Positions 12,801-24,298 of a DNA stretch of 64,000 nt are shown in pieces. Below the pieces are notes generated by a model that ran no database searches, was not told the origin of the DNA, and saw only the letters and a program-made list of their open reading frames with translations. Every line of letters starts with the position of its first letter. Positions within the stretch are counted from its first letter, which is position 1. The position numbers and the translations under genes were made by a program. Where the stretch lies: assembly GCF_044704955.1 (NCBI RefSeq), contig NC_091992.1, positions 37,076,001 through 37,140,000 of the forward strand, given 5' to 3'. The DNA is from Pristiophorus japonicus. Taxonomy: Eukaryota.

Positions 12801-14390
12801 TCTTGGTCCAGTGGCAAGAGGGTCCAAGATAACTGGAGACCAGGCACTGCTGTATGAGCCTAATTGCCTACAGCAAGATGCAGGCTGTAAGCTCGGCGCT
12901 GAGCAGTGCCCTTCGGTGAGATGGTAAGCGATCCGAGCCTTGGCTGAGGGCATGCATTGGGAAGGTCAGAGGTCCATTTTGTGGAAGGAGGAGAGGTCAG
13001 AGTGACCACAGCCATTGTGCACACCACGTGCTCGACAGAGGCTCTGCCGATGAGTGGGGCCAGCAGCCGGGGGGGTGGCCACAGCATTATTGAAGGAAGG
13101 GAGGCCAGGATGTCGCCAATGGATGAAGGCCAGGACGTCGCCGATAGGTGAAGGCCCGAGCGTCGCCGATGAATGGAGGCCCAGAGGCCCGGACATCGTC
13201 GGAGGGAAGGCTCACATGTGAGGTAGGCCCAAATCTGTGTTTAAAGCTGGTCGGAGGCACACCACCCTTGAGATTGCTGGGGGTCGGTTGGAGCAGGTGA
13301 GGGGAGCGAGAAGCGAGGGTCCAACTGGAGGGACTTGGCAGCGGGGAAGTCGGCCTTAAAGTAGACTGAGTTTGCGGGGTGAGAATGGTCAGGGGCCCTT
13401 GTAGCATGGGACTTTAGGGTTTTAGGGGCAGGTAGATTACTTTGGGGGTCGGAGTTAGGACCAGAGGAGGCTTAGACAATGAGTGGGGGAGATTTGATGG
13501 AGAAAGAGATGGAAGATGGCATCAGACGGTCAGATGAAGGCTTGTTCAGGGAAAGTTCCCTTGAGGGCTGCTATCCCATCCCCCATCTTGAGATCTAAGA
13601 CTAGTGGGAAGCTAGAGCATTGGGAAACTTTTAAAAGCCAGCAAAGAACAACTAAAAAAATGATAAAGAGAGGGAAGATAGATTATGAAAGTAAACTAGC
13701 ATGGAATATAAAAACAGATAGTAAGAGTTTCTACAGGTACATAAAAAGGAAACGAGTGGCTAAAATAAGTGTTGGTCCCCTAGAGGATGAGACTGGGGAA
13801 TTAATAATGGGGAACAGGGAAATGGCAGAGATGTTGAACAAATATCTTGTATCGGTCTTCACGGTAGAAGACACTAAAAACATCCCAATAGTGGATAGTC
13901 AAGGGGCTATAGAGAGGGAGTAACTTAATACAATCACTATCACTAAAGAAGTAGTACTCGGTAAAGTAATGGGACTAAAGGCGGACAAGTCCCTTGGACC
14001 TGATGGCTTACATCCTAGGGTCTTAAAAGAAGTGGCTGCAGAGATAGTGGATGCATTGGTTGTGATCTACCAAAATTCCCTGGATTCTGGCAGTCCTAGT
14101 GGATTGGAAAACCGCAATTGTAACGCTCCTATTTATGGCAGACAAAAAGCAGGAAACTATAGACCAGTCTGTCGTTGGGAAAATGCTGGAGTCAATTATT
14201 AAGAAGCATTTGTAAAAGCATAATTCAATTAAGCAGAGTTAGCATGGTTTTATGAAAGGGAAATCATGTTTGACAAATTTGCTGGGGTTCTTGAGGATGT
14301 AACGAGCAGGTTGGATAAGGGGGAACCAGTGGATGTGGAGTATTTGAATTTCCAGAAGGCATTCGATAAGGTGCCACATAAAAGGTTACT
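9830..14390 (+). mobile_element. CR1 ORF2 fragment split by the RTE insertion (9830-10181 and 13597-14390)
   Basis: SDHNMVDF...LNKGDYKGMKAELAKVDW continues after 13597 as ...IKTDSKSFYRYIKRKR...KSLGPDGLHPRVLKE...FQKAFDKVPH. Confidence 0.9.
10182..13596 (-). mobile_element. RTE-clade LINE with TSD AAGACTAGT; RT core deleted
   Basis: TSD at 10173-10181 and 13597-13605; endonuclease MKFGTWNVRTL...SETRR...ISAYAPT...LLGDFNARVG...WTDH; C-terminus FPYFGS...YGSE.W, RLPKQVLYSEL; (ATG)n tail GGGACTGCCTATGATGA; ~0.9 kb 5' leader. Confidence 0.92.
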
Positions 14391-15180
14391 AAATGTGCCA
14401 TTGTAGGTCTAACCAGTGGGGCACGTTACAATGCAATCTGGCCCAATGCAGTTACATTTATATAGCACCTTATCACATCCTCAGGATAAGTTTGGATGCT
14501 TCACATACAATGAATTACTTTTCAAGTACCGTCACTGTTCTTGGCGGATAAGCAAACCAATTTGGTGAAGGTTTGGTATAGAAACAATGGAAGGTAACCC
14601 TTCCATCTATTTAAAATTAGATAATCACAGATTTTTCAATTTCTGTGCCCGTCATTCAACAGACGTGCTGGCATGATATAATTAATCATAATCAAATACA
14701 GCTGTAGGAACATTTTTTTTTTAGTTGAGTGCAATTAATTAGGATGTTTGCAAAAGGTTATGAGGAAAAGCTGAGAGGCCGTACACATCACTCATGGCGA
14801 GTTGAGGAGGCGGGACCACAGATTTTATATTTGTTGGAATCAAGAGATTCAAGAGGCTCAACAGATTACAGTATGAGGGAGATTCCATTATTAATGATCT
14901 CATTAAAATATTTTAAAAAGACAGGGCCAGCCTGCCCAGTCTGGCACAGCTTAAGGATTTGTATTCACTTGAATACAACAAATTGGCAGGAGAGAGTTAT
15001 GCAACGACAAGGTATGGCCAATGTGTGGGATACGTTTATATATCATGAGCCACCAGCACCCACAACAGTCTACAATGAGCAGAATGGGCCAAGAGGTACT
15101 TCTAATGACTTTGACTATATCTCCTTATTCAGAAACTGGATACTCAAAGCTCTCCTGGACAATGAAGTTCCTTGTTCCAA

Positions 15181-15391
15181 GTACCTCGAGTCTCGTCACC
15201 GAGAGCATGCAGGCGGCAGAAGGAGCTTATGGCAAGCCAGACTCCCCACCCACCCTTTCCTTCAATGACTGTCTGTCCCACCTGTGACAGTGACTGTAAT
15301 TCCTGTATTGGACTGTACAGTCACCTGAGAAGTCACTTTTAGAGTGGAAGCAAGTCTTCCTCGATTTCGAGGGACTGCCTATGATGATGAT
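15181..15391 (+). mobile_element. RTE LINE 3' fragment
   Basis: Matches the reverse complement of 10182-10385; ends GAGGGACTGCCTATGATGATGAT. Confidence 0.85.
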
Positions 15392-16312
15392 ATAATAAGT
15401 TAATAAATATCAGCCACAGCAAGAAAGGACACTACAATTTGCCTCAATGATGATTGCTGGGGAAGAAGGATGGTTGGGGGAGGGGGGTTCAGCGGGGTGG
15501 GGGGCACAGGGGTGGACAGCCAGATTTCTCTCTCCTGGTCAGTCACCCTTGCTGGAAAGTGCACATGTTCAGGGGATCTAGGATCAAGCTGTGTTGTGAT
15601 GGCCTCACATACATTTAGGCCAATCACCAGTGTTCTAAGCTGACAATCAGTGTTACAGCCCATGTGCCAGTTTATTGCAGTTTTACACAGGGAATCAGAT
15701 TTTTTTTGACTGGGATTGAAGGCTAATGTTTTCAACCAATCAGGTTGGTTGGAGGGTAGAACTGGAACCTGTCAGAACTGTCAGCTCTGTTAGTGGCTAA
15801 GACTGGAGGTAATAATACAAAAGACAATCAAGCCCATTATGGAAAATATAAAAGGGAAGTTAAAAAGAGTTTAGAAAGGTTAACTGGTAGTATGAAGAGA
15901 GACTTCTAGGTAAAAGGAAAGAAAATATAAAATTATTTTGTAAACACATAAAAAGTAAAAGGATAGTTCAAGAAAGGGTAAGGGTAACGAGAGATGCAAA
16001 AGGAAATCCTCTTATGGAGGATGAATGAATGGGAAATATACTAAGGCCCAGAAATTCCACTGTGAAGCGACAGTTTGTTGGGCATTAAATGCCTTCCGAA
16101 CGCTCCAATATGGCAGGCAGAAGGGCATGCTCATTACGATCCGAAGTGCACCGGCCACCATATTGGTGTAGGCAAAAAAACGATTGCCAACCAACAAATG
16201 TTTAAAATTGCCTCACATTCAAACCACATGGGCTGCTACTGGCCACCATTTCCCCCTCACCCATTGTGACCTCCAGTGCCCCGATCACCACCATTGCCAC
16301 TAAGGTGCCAAT

Positions 16313-17445
16313 TAAAGGTTACCGCACAAGATAAAAGCTCACGGGGTTGGGGGTAATATATTAGCATGGATAGAGGATCGGCTCACTAACAGAAAACAGA
16401 GAGTTGGGGAAAAAAGGGTCATTTTCTGGTTGGCAAACAGTGACTAGTGGGGTGCCACAGGGATCGGTGCTGGGTCCTTAACTATTTATCATCTATATTA
16501 ATGACTTGGAAGAAAGGACCGAGTGCAATGTAGCCAAGTTTGCTGATGATACAAAGATGGGTGGGAAAGCAAATTGTGAGGAGGACACAAATAATCTGCA
16601 AAGGGATATAGACAGGCTAAGTGAGTGGGCAAAAATTTGACAGATGGAGTATAATGTGGAAAAATGTGAGTTATCCACTTTGGCAGAAATAATAGAAAAG
16701 CAAATTATAATTTAAATGGAGAAAAATTGCAAAGTGCTGCAGTACAGAGGGATCTGGGGGTCCTTGTACATGAAACACAAAAGGTTACAATGCAGGTACA
16801 GCAAGTAATCAGGAAGGCAAATGGAATGTTGGCCTTTATTGCAAGGGGGATAGAGTATAACAGCAGAGAAGTCCTGCTACAACTGTATAAGGCCACACCT
16901 GGAGTACTGTGTACAGTTTTGGTCTTCGTATTTAAGGAAGGATATACTTGCATTGGAGGCTGTTCAGAGAATGTTCACTAGATTGATTCCGGAGATGAGG
17001 GGGTTGACTTATGAAGATAGGTTGAGTAAGTTGGGCCTATACACATTGGAGTCCAGAAGAATGAGAGGTGATCTTATCGAAACATATAAGATAATGAGGG
17101 GGCTCGACAAGGTGGATGCAGAGAAGATATTTCCACTCAGAGGTGAAACTAAAACTAGGGGACATAGTCTCAGAATAAGGGGCTGCCCATTAAAACTGAG
17201 ACGAGGAGAAATTTCTTCTCTCAGAGGGTTGTAAATCTACAGAATTCTCTGCCCCAGAAAGCTGTGGAGGCTGGGTCATTGAATATATTTAAGGCGGAGA
17301 TAGACAGATTTTTGAGCAATAAGGGAGAAAGGGGTTATGAAGTGGAGCTGAGTCCATGATCAGATCAGCCGTGATCTTATTGAATGGCGGAGCAGGCTTG
17401 AGGGGCCAAATGGCCTACACCTGCTCCTATTTCTTGTGCTCTTAA
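16313..17445 (+). mobile_element. CR1 LINE 3' fragment (RT to 3' UTR)
   Basis: SGVPQGSVLGP, KFADDTK, QRDLGVLVH, RRMRGDLIETYKI; tail GGCCAAATGGCCTACACCTGCTCCTATTTCTTG. Confidence 0.9.
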
Positions 17446-17774
17446 ATGTACCTCAACACTGCCCTCCCCCCCCCCCCCCACCCCGCCTCCACCCCACCAA
17501 ATCCCAACCTGGTCACCTCATTCTGGATCACCCTCTTCCCCTTTAACAACTTTGGCGAGGGCCGTTGCAGCAGCCCGATCTTCGATTCCTCTTCACCAGC
17601 GAGCTGCCTGGTGACGCCTATTAGGTGTCCGCAGGTCGCCAGCTCGATGACAATGAAACCCAAGGTCCAACATCAAGTGCGCCTCGGGCCTATCCATTCA
17701 GGTGCGAGGTTGTTCCCTGTGCCCCCTGAGCACTCAAAGTTCTAGGCCTTGGGCTCTTTACCTGAAAACACAGG

Positions 17775-19415
17775 AAAGATCCAATAGAGGTGTTCAAATT
17801 GTGAGAGATTTTGCTAACTAAATCAGGAACAATTATTTCCACTGTTCAGTAAATTAGTAACTAAAGTGCAGTAAATTAAAGTGATCACCAAAAGAATGAC
17901 GCGGAGGCTAGGATAATTTTTTTCACACAGCCGGTTGTTAGGACATAAAATGCCCTACCACAAATTAATGGTAGAAGCAGAATCCATTATAGCTTGGAAG
18001 TGGAACAGGGCTAAGTTGATATCTCTCTCAGAGATTTATGAAAATGATTATTTTTCCAGACAAGACACAAATCTTTCTGCTCATAGTTATAGATACCATG
18101 CAGTGCAGTGCTGAGAGAGTGCTGAAGGAGTGCTGCGTTGTTGGAAGTGTTATCTTTCAGGTGAGACATAAAACCAAGCTGCTTGTTTAGATGGATGTGA
18201 AAGAGCCCAAAGCATTTTAATGAAGAAGAGCAGGATGTTCTGGCCAACATTCATTCTTCAAGCAACATCACCAAATTTAATAATGGCCAATAATCTGAGT
18301 GCTGTTTGTTGCCCCATGCTGTGTGCACATTATAAAACAGAAACACTTTCACCACACGGACTGCAGCTGTTCAAGATGGTGGCTCACCACCAGCTTCTCA
18401 AGGGCAATTAGGGACGGGCAATAAATGCTGGCCTTGCCAGCGACGCCCACATCCCAGGAACTAATAAGATAAAAACTTTGAAAAAGTAATGAATTTGCTT
18501 TGAAAGCAAACTATCTTGATTGAGTTATTTGATGCAGTAACAGAGAGGGTTGATGAGGGTAGTGTGGTTAATGTTGTGTACATTGACTTTCAGAAGGAAT
18601 GTGATAAAGGACCACATAATTTCAAAGTTTGTAGATGAACGAAACTCGGGAATATAGTAAACAGCAAGGAGGATAGTAACAGACTTCAAGAGGACATAGG
18701 CAGACTGATGAAATGGGCAGATTCATGGCAGACGCAATTTAACGCAGAGAAGTGTGAGTGATTCATTTTGGTAGGAAGAATGAGGAGAGGCAATATAAAC
18801 TAAATGGTACAATTTTAAAGGGGAGCAGTAATAGAGAGATCTGGGTGTGTATGTGCACAAGTCTTTGAAAGTGGCAGGACATGTTTAGAAGGCTGTTAAA
18901 AAGGCTTTATAAATCAAGGCAGAGAGTAAAAAAGCAAGGAAGTTAGGCTAAAGATTTATAAAACACTGGTGAATTGTAGCCAATTTGGGCACCACACTTT
19001 CGGAAGGATGTCAAGGTCTCGGTGAGGATGCAAAGGAGATTTATTAGAATGGTACCAGGCATGCTGGACTTCAGTTATGTGGTGATACTAGAGAAATTGG
19101 AATTGTTCTCCTCAGAGCAAAGAAGATTGAGGGGAGACTTAATAGAGGTGTTCAAAATCATGAAAGGATTTGGTAGCGTAAATAAGGAGAAATTGTTTCC
19201 AGTGGCATAAAGGTCCGTAACCAAAAGATACAGATTTAAGATAATTGGCAAAAGAACCAAAGGCAACATGAGCAAAAAAATTACGCACGAGTTATTATGA
19301 TCTGGAATACACTGCCTGAAATGGTGATGGAAGCAGATTCAATAGTAACTTTCAAAGGGGAATGGATAAATACTTGAAGGGGAAAATGTTCAATGGGGAA
19401 AGGATAGGGGAGTGG
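17775..19415 (+). mobile_element. Cluster of decayed CR1 fragments, a partial DeuSINE-like piece (~18100-18330) and a CR1/L2-group 3' end (~18345-18475)
   Basis: QRRLRGDLIEVFKIMKGF ORF; GGAGTGCTGCGTTGTTGG core; AATAAATGCTGGCCTTGCCAGCG tail. Confidence 0.75.
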
Positions 19416-20042
19416 TTTATCATTCTATGAATTTTGGGATATCCTGAGGATGTGAAAGACACTCGGGGCCATTTCCAGGACATCCTGCTGAAATTAACCA
19501 CGGGACATCTTTTAAATTTTCAAAGCAACTTTCCAGCCAAATTGACAAGGAGAAGTGAGGAAGGGCAGATGTCAGATAAGTAGGTGACGGCAGGGGTGGG
19601 AGTCCGAGAAAGCGGGATCCAATCACAGGGTCAGTAAAGTGATAAGCTTGTGGGGCCTGGATGACTCCTGCTCCTCCTGGCCCACAAGCAGTGCTGTAAA
19701 GGCACTTACCTCATGTCCCTTCTCGCCTCATTGTACCTGCTGGGATTCCCGAGCTCTGGGAAACCTGGGGCTCAAAATTCAGTACCGCTGGAAAACTGGT
19801 GTTTCTCCCATCTTTTTGGGGCTATTAGCACCAATATTTTTTTGTGTCTGGGCCACCCCATATTCAGCTCTAAAAGTGAACAAATGGGTTCCTTCCAAAG
19901 TGCTTTTTTCAGTGGTGTGGCTGTCTTAATTCGAGCGTTATCACCATTGAGAAATTCGGCATGCAGGTAAGGGTTTCTAATGAGCCAGCTGCTAAGGCCA
20001 GGATCTACAGCAAGGCCCTGAGGGGGGAAGGAGTTTGGAAGG

Positions 20043-20240
20043 ATGGCTGGTGTAAGAGTTACAAAGAGAGCCAACAGGTTCACTGATATGGAGCTGGAGA
20101 CACTGATGGACGGTGCGGAGGACAGAAGAAGAATACTGTTTCCTGGCGTGGGGAGACCTGGCAGACCGCCAGTACATAATGCACAGAGGGAGATTGCAGG
20201 GGAGGTGTCAGGCACCTCCATATATGTGAGGATGCACCCT
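20043..20240 (+). pseudogene. PIF/Harbinger Myb/SANT DNA-binding ORF, N-terminal remnant
   Basis: MAGVRVTKRANRFTDMELETLMDGAEDRRRILFP...REIAGEVS is a typical Harbinger Myb-like start. Confidence 0.75.
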
Positions 20241-20249
20241 CCCAGGAGG

Positions 20250-20645
20250 GTGCTGACCAGTCTGCACCCGGCCTTTCCAGGGTGGCAATGGGGCGACGCC
20301 TCCTCGCTCTGGGGTGACGGAGATCCTCCTCCTCCTCCTCCTCAGGTGATACTGCTGGCTCGACCTACAGCGGCTGAGCCTTCATGATGGCCATGTTGTA
20401 CAGTATGCAACAGACCACGATGATTATGGAGATCCATTGTGGAGAGTACTGCAAGGTGCCAGCAGAGCAGTCCAGGCACCGGAACCTCTGCTTAAGGATG
20501 CCTATGCACTGCTCAATGATGCACCTGGTGGCACAATGAGCGTCAATGTATGCATGCTCTGACACTCTCCTGGGGTTCTGCAGGGAGTGAGCAGCCAAGT
20601 GGACAGGAGATATCCCTTGTCCCCAAGCAGCCAACCACAATCCTG
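20250..20645 (-). pseudogene. PIF/Harbinger (HARBI1-like DDE) transposase C-terminal remnant
   Basis: WLLGDKGY (frameshift) ...AYIDAHCATRCIIEQCIGILKQRFRCLD..GTLQYSP...IIVVCCILYNMA followed by a poly-Glu tract. Confidence 0.85.
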
Positions 20646-20768
20646 ATTCGGGCCGGTGAAGACGCCGGGCACACTGGTCTCGTGCAGAAAAATGTTAAAA
20701 TGGGAAGTGGGCGAGTTGGGGTCGGATTTGAGATTTTTTTATTTTTCCCTCCCTCCGTCTCCATCCCT

Positions 20769-21190
20769 TCTTAGGCGGTCCCTCGTATCAAGGATGACTT
20801 GCTTTCTCACCAAAAAGGGATGAGTTCACCAGGAATTTCAATGAGGACCTGATATTCCAGATCCCGAACTACATTGTGAAGGGTGGAAGATGCCCGTGCG
20901 TGGATTTTTTTAACGTGTGGTGGCCGTTGCACACCAGCCACCACACGGGCTTGACAGAGCTAGGTCTTGGTCCAGTGGCAAGGATTAACCAAGACTAACT
21001 GGAGACCAGCTCTGCTGCATGGACCTAGCGCTCACACATATCACAGTGTGGGCTGGCCCGTGCTGCCCCTGGGCCCTCGCCTCTTCTGGGCCCCGTACTC
21101 ACGCCTCTCCTGGATCCCGATCACATCACTCTGCAATCTCTTGCCGCTCCTTCGCTCTGTTTCTCTACGGTCTGATCACCACCAGTTGTC
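20769..21190 (-). mobile_element. Short bipartite RTE-derived non-autonomous retroposon
   Basis: 20880-21020 matches the RTE 5' UTR at 12718-12855; 20769-20805 matches the RTE 3' tail (10185-10225); no ORF2 in between. Confidence 0.75.
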
Positions 21191-22279
21191 TCCCCATTTA
21201 GGGGGTGAAATTCAACTTTGGTGGTGCCGCAAAATGGGCTGTACCGGAACTCCGTTCAATGAAAAGGGAAATTGGGCACGGTGTATAATGGGCAGACAAT
21301 CTGCTACCCCCACAGAATTTCAGGGTCCAATTGTGGTCTCCTGCCTACACCGCAAATTTCCCGACATGCACAAAGACAAAAGGCTCGGACACTCCAGATA
21401 TACAGGTCCGCACACAAGCCACAATCCCGGAGATAGGGTCTGATTAAAATGTTATGGTTTCAAATCACACGGCAGGCCCCAACCTCTGAACCAGGGGCCA
21501 ACAATCTTAAAATTTTATATCATGAGTGTAAGATATGAATTTCGGCCCTTTACTTTCATAAATACAGTGGAAGGTCAGCCAAATATTTATTTCCCTGTTT
21601 ATACATGTAGTGAAAACAGCTTATAATTATGACAATTAGGGTTATCAAAAACGGTTCATGTAACTCAATAATAGAACGTTGAGCTCCTATTAGGAACATA
21701 GAAATTTCTAGATGAAAAAAGACCAGGGTCCATCTAGTTCGCCTTCTACCATCCTGGTAGTTGCATGATACAATGACAATAGAGTTTTTGACTAATCATA
21801 GCAATCAATCTCTGTCAATTAGTCTACAACAAACTTAGCTATCCTTGGCGGTTAAAATTCACCCACAATGTGACTATAAATATTCCTTTCTTTTACTTGT
21901 TTTTGAGATGCAAGCCTCACATCAATGCCGAGCTGTCTGTTTGAGAAGAGCCAAGCTATGCAACATGTAAGTCAGGTGTCAAAAGCAATTGAATCCCATG
22001 AACTGATGGATGTCTGCAAGGTCACATTCCGTCTGCCTGAAAGGTAAAATTGATTAATAACATGTTTAGTGCCTAGTGTGAGAGGACTGCTCGGATCTGA
22101 GGTTGTCAAAAGCCTGTGTGTAGCAGTATAAGTGCTGCTATTCTCTGTTCTGCAGTCCCCTGCTTCAATTCTTTGTTTACAAGTCGCAGCAGAGGTGGGT
22201 CTCGACAGAATGAACAACTGCATGTTAGGATTATCAAAATCTCAGTTAAAAGATTCAAAAAAGACTCTTAGAATTTGGA

Positions 22280-22985
22280 TACTGAGAAGTGTAGAGGAAC
22301 TGAGGGACCTTGGAGTGCATGTCCACAGATCCATGAAAGTAGCAGGACAGGTAGATAAGACGGTTAAGAGGCATACGGAATGCTTTCCTTTATTAGCCGC
22401 AGCATAGAATATAAGAGCAGGGAGGTTATGCGTGAACTGTATAAAACACTAGTTAGGCCACAGCTAGAGTACAGCGTACAGTTCTGGTCGCCACATTAGA
22501 GGAAATATGTGATTGTCTGGCCTGGAGAATTTTAGCATCGAGGCAAGATTGGATAGGCTGAGGTGCTTTTGTTTGGAACAGAGGAGGCTGAAAGGAAATA
22601 TAATTGAGGTGTATAAAATGATGAGGGGCCTAGATAGAGTGGATAGGAAGGACCTATTTCCCTTAGCAGAGAGGTCAATAACCAGGGGGCATAGATTTAA
22701 AGTAATTGGTAGAAGAATTAGAAGGGAATTGTGGAGAACTTTGTTCACCCAGAGGGTGGTGGGGGTCTGGAACTCACTGCTTGAAAGAGTGGTAGAGGCA
22801 GAACCCCTCATTGCATTTAAAAAGTGCTTGGATATGCACATTAAGTGCCGTAAGCTACAGGGCTACGGACCAAGAGCTGGAAAGTGGGATTAGGCTCGAC
22901 AGCTCTTTTTCGACCAGCACACACACGATGGGCTGATAGGCCACCTTCTGTGCCGTAAATATCTATGAATATATGATTCTATGGC
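22280..22985 (+). mobile_element. CR1 LINE 3' fragment
   Basis: LRDLGVHVHRS, EQRRLKGNIIEVYK...RVVGVWNSL; TTCTATG-type tail. Confidence 0.9.
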
Positions 22986-23019
22986 TATGGTCTGGAGGGT
23001 CAGGGAGAGACTTTTGGCC

Positions 23020-23610
23020 ACCACCCCGACCCAGCCCCAGACTCCCAGCCCCCTGAATGCCAGGCCCCAGCCACAGACTCCCGGGCCCCAGCCCCAGCCT
23101 CCCACCCCAACCCCCCCACCCCGGCTCCAACCCCAGACTCCCACCACGCCCCAACCCCTCCCCCCACCCACTAGCCTCAGGTCTTGACTCCTGGTCCCCT
23201 GCACCCTCCCCCCCCCCGGCCTCCCGGTCCCCAGCCCCAGGCTCCCAGCCCCCCGAATGCCGGGCCCCAGCCACAGACTCCCGGGCTCTAGCCCCAGACT
23301 CCCACCACCCACTCCCCCACCCGCTAGCCTCAGGTCTTGACTCCTGATCCGCTGGCCCCAGCCCTAGAATCCCAGCCCACCCGCCCCCCCCCCCTCCCCC
23401 CATCCCTGGTTCCAGCCCCAGACTCCCACCACCGCCCAACCCCTCCCCCCAGGTCTTGACTCCTGGTCCCAGCCCTAGACTCCCAGTCCCACTCCCCCCT
23501 GTCCCCAACCTCCCCGGCTCCAGCCCCAGACTCCCGGCCCCCTGGCTCCAGCCCTAGGCTCCCCGGCTCCCACCCCAGACTCCTGGGCACCAGCCCCAGA
23601 ATCCCACTCC
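23020..23610. repeat. C-rich degenerate tandem repeat (CCCAGCCCCAGACT units)
   Basis: Short units plus higher-order repeats (CAGGTCTTGACTCCTG three times; GAATGCC.GGCCCCAGCCACAGACTCCCGGGC twice). Confidence 0.85.
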
Positions 23611-24132
23611 TTACCCCGGTCCAGCTTCCTACTTGGGCCTTATTAAGTATGCAGGGTGAGGCTCCTGCTCAGATTTCTGCCAGCAAAAGGCAGACTGCTG
23701 CTGCTGAGGAGGAAGACATGATGGACACCCACTGGAGCACCAGAAGAGGTGGATTATATAATTAATGGGGCAGAACATCCCAAAGACTTTGTCAAATTTT
23801 ATATTGAAGGCCTCGAACTAGACGAAGGCCTTCAATGGGTAAGGTTTTCCGGCTATTATGGAGGAAGAGGAGATCGCTACTATGTCTTCTCCCTCCAACT
23901 AATGATAGGAGTTGCCAATGCAACCCCAGGAATTATCACCTGGCTGTCCCTGGTGTATTTAGGGTATCAGCAGTGGCAAGAGGCTTGCTAGACTTTACCT
24001 CCCCACCGTGATTTATGTCATGTATTCAACTGTCATTGTAATCCATGTATAAACTGACCTAAGTTGTACACTGTGAGAACAGTGACCACTAGGTGGTGAA
24101 CTTGTGGGAGACACTCCTAACCTGGACTTTCA

Positions 24133-24186
24133 GGTATAAAAGGGGAAGCTCCACCCAGCTTCTCCATTTCAGTGCTGGCTAATAAA
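24133..24186 (+). promoter_or_regulatory. LTR A TATA box (TATAAAA) and poly(A) signal (AATAAA)
   Basis: GGTATAAAAGGGG at ~24135 and AATAAA at 24181, both repeated in the 3' LTR. Confidence 0.6.
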
Positions 24187-24298
24187 GGTTACTGGTCACA
24201 GAGTGACCTTCTCTCTAGTATGGGCCTCGTGTGCATTTGTACTGTATAGTAAGGACATATTATTGGCGACGAGAAACTGGGATTTAAACCACGCGAGT

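Noticed and set aside
14729-15268. 179-aa ORF
   Set aside because: GTG start, no recognisable domain, and the C-terminus runs into an RTE fragment.
22890-23590. Gly/Pro-rich ORFs up to 181 aa; GGGCT/GGGGT units reminiscent of Ig switch regions
   Set aside because: The ORFs come from stop-poor tandem repeat. There are no Ig exons nearby and no GAGCT density, so a switch region is unsupported.
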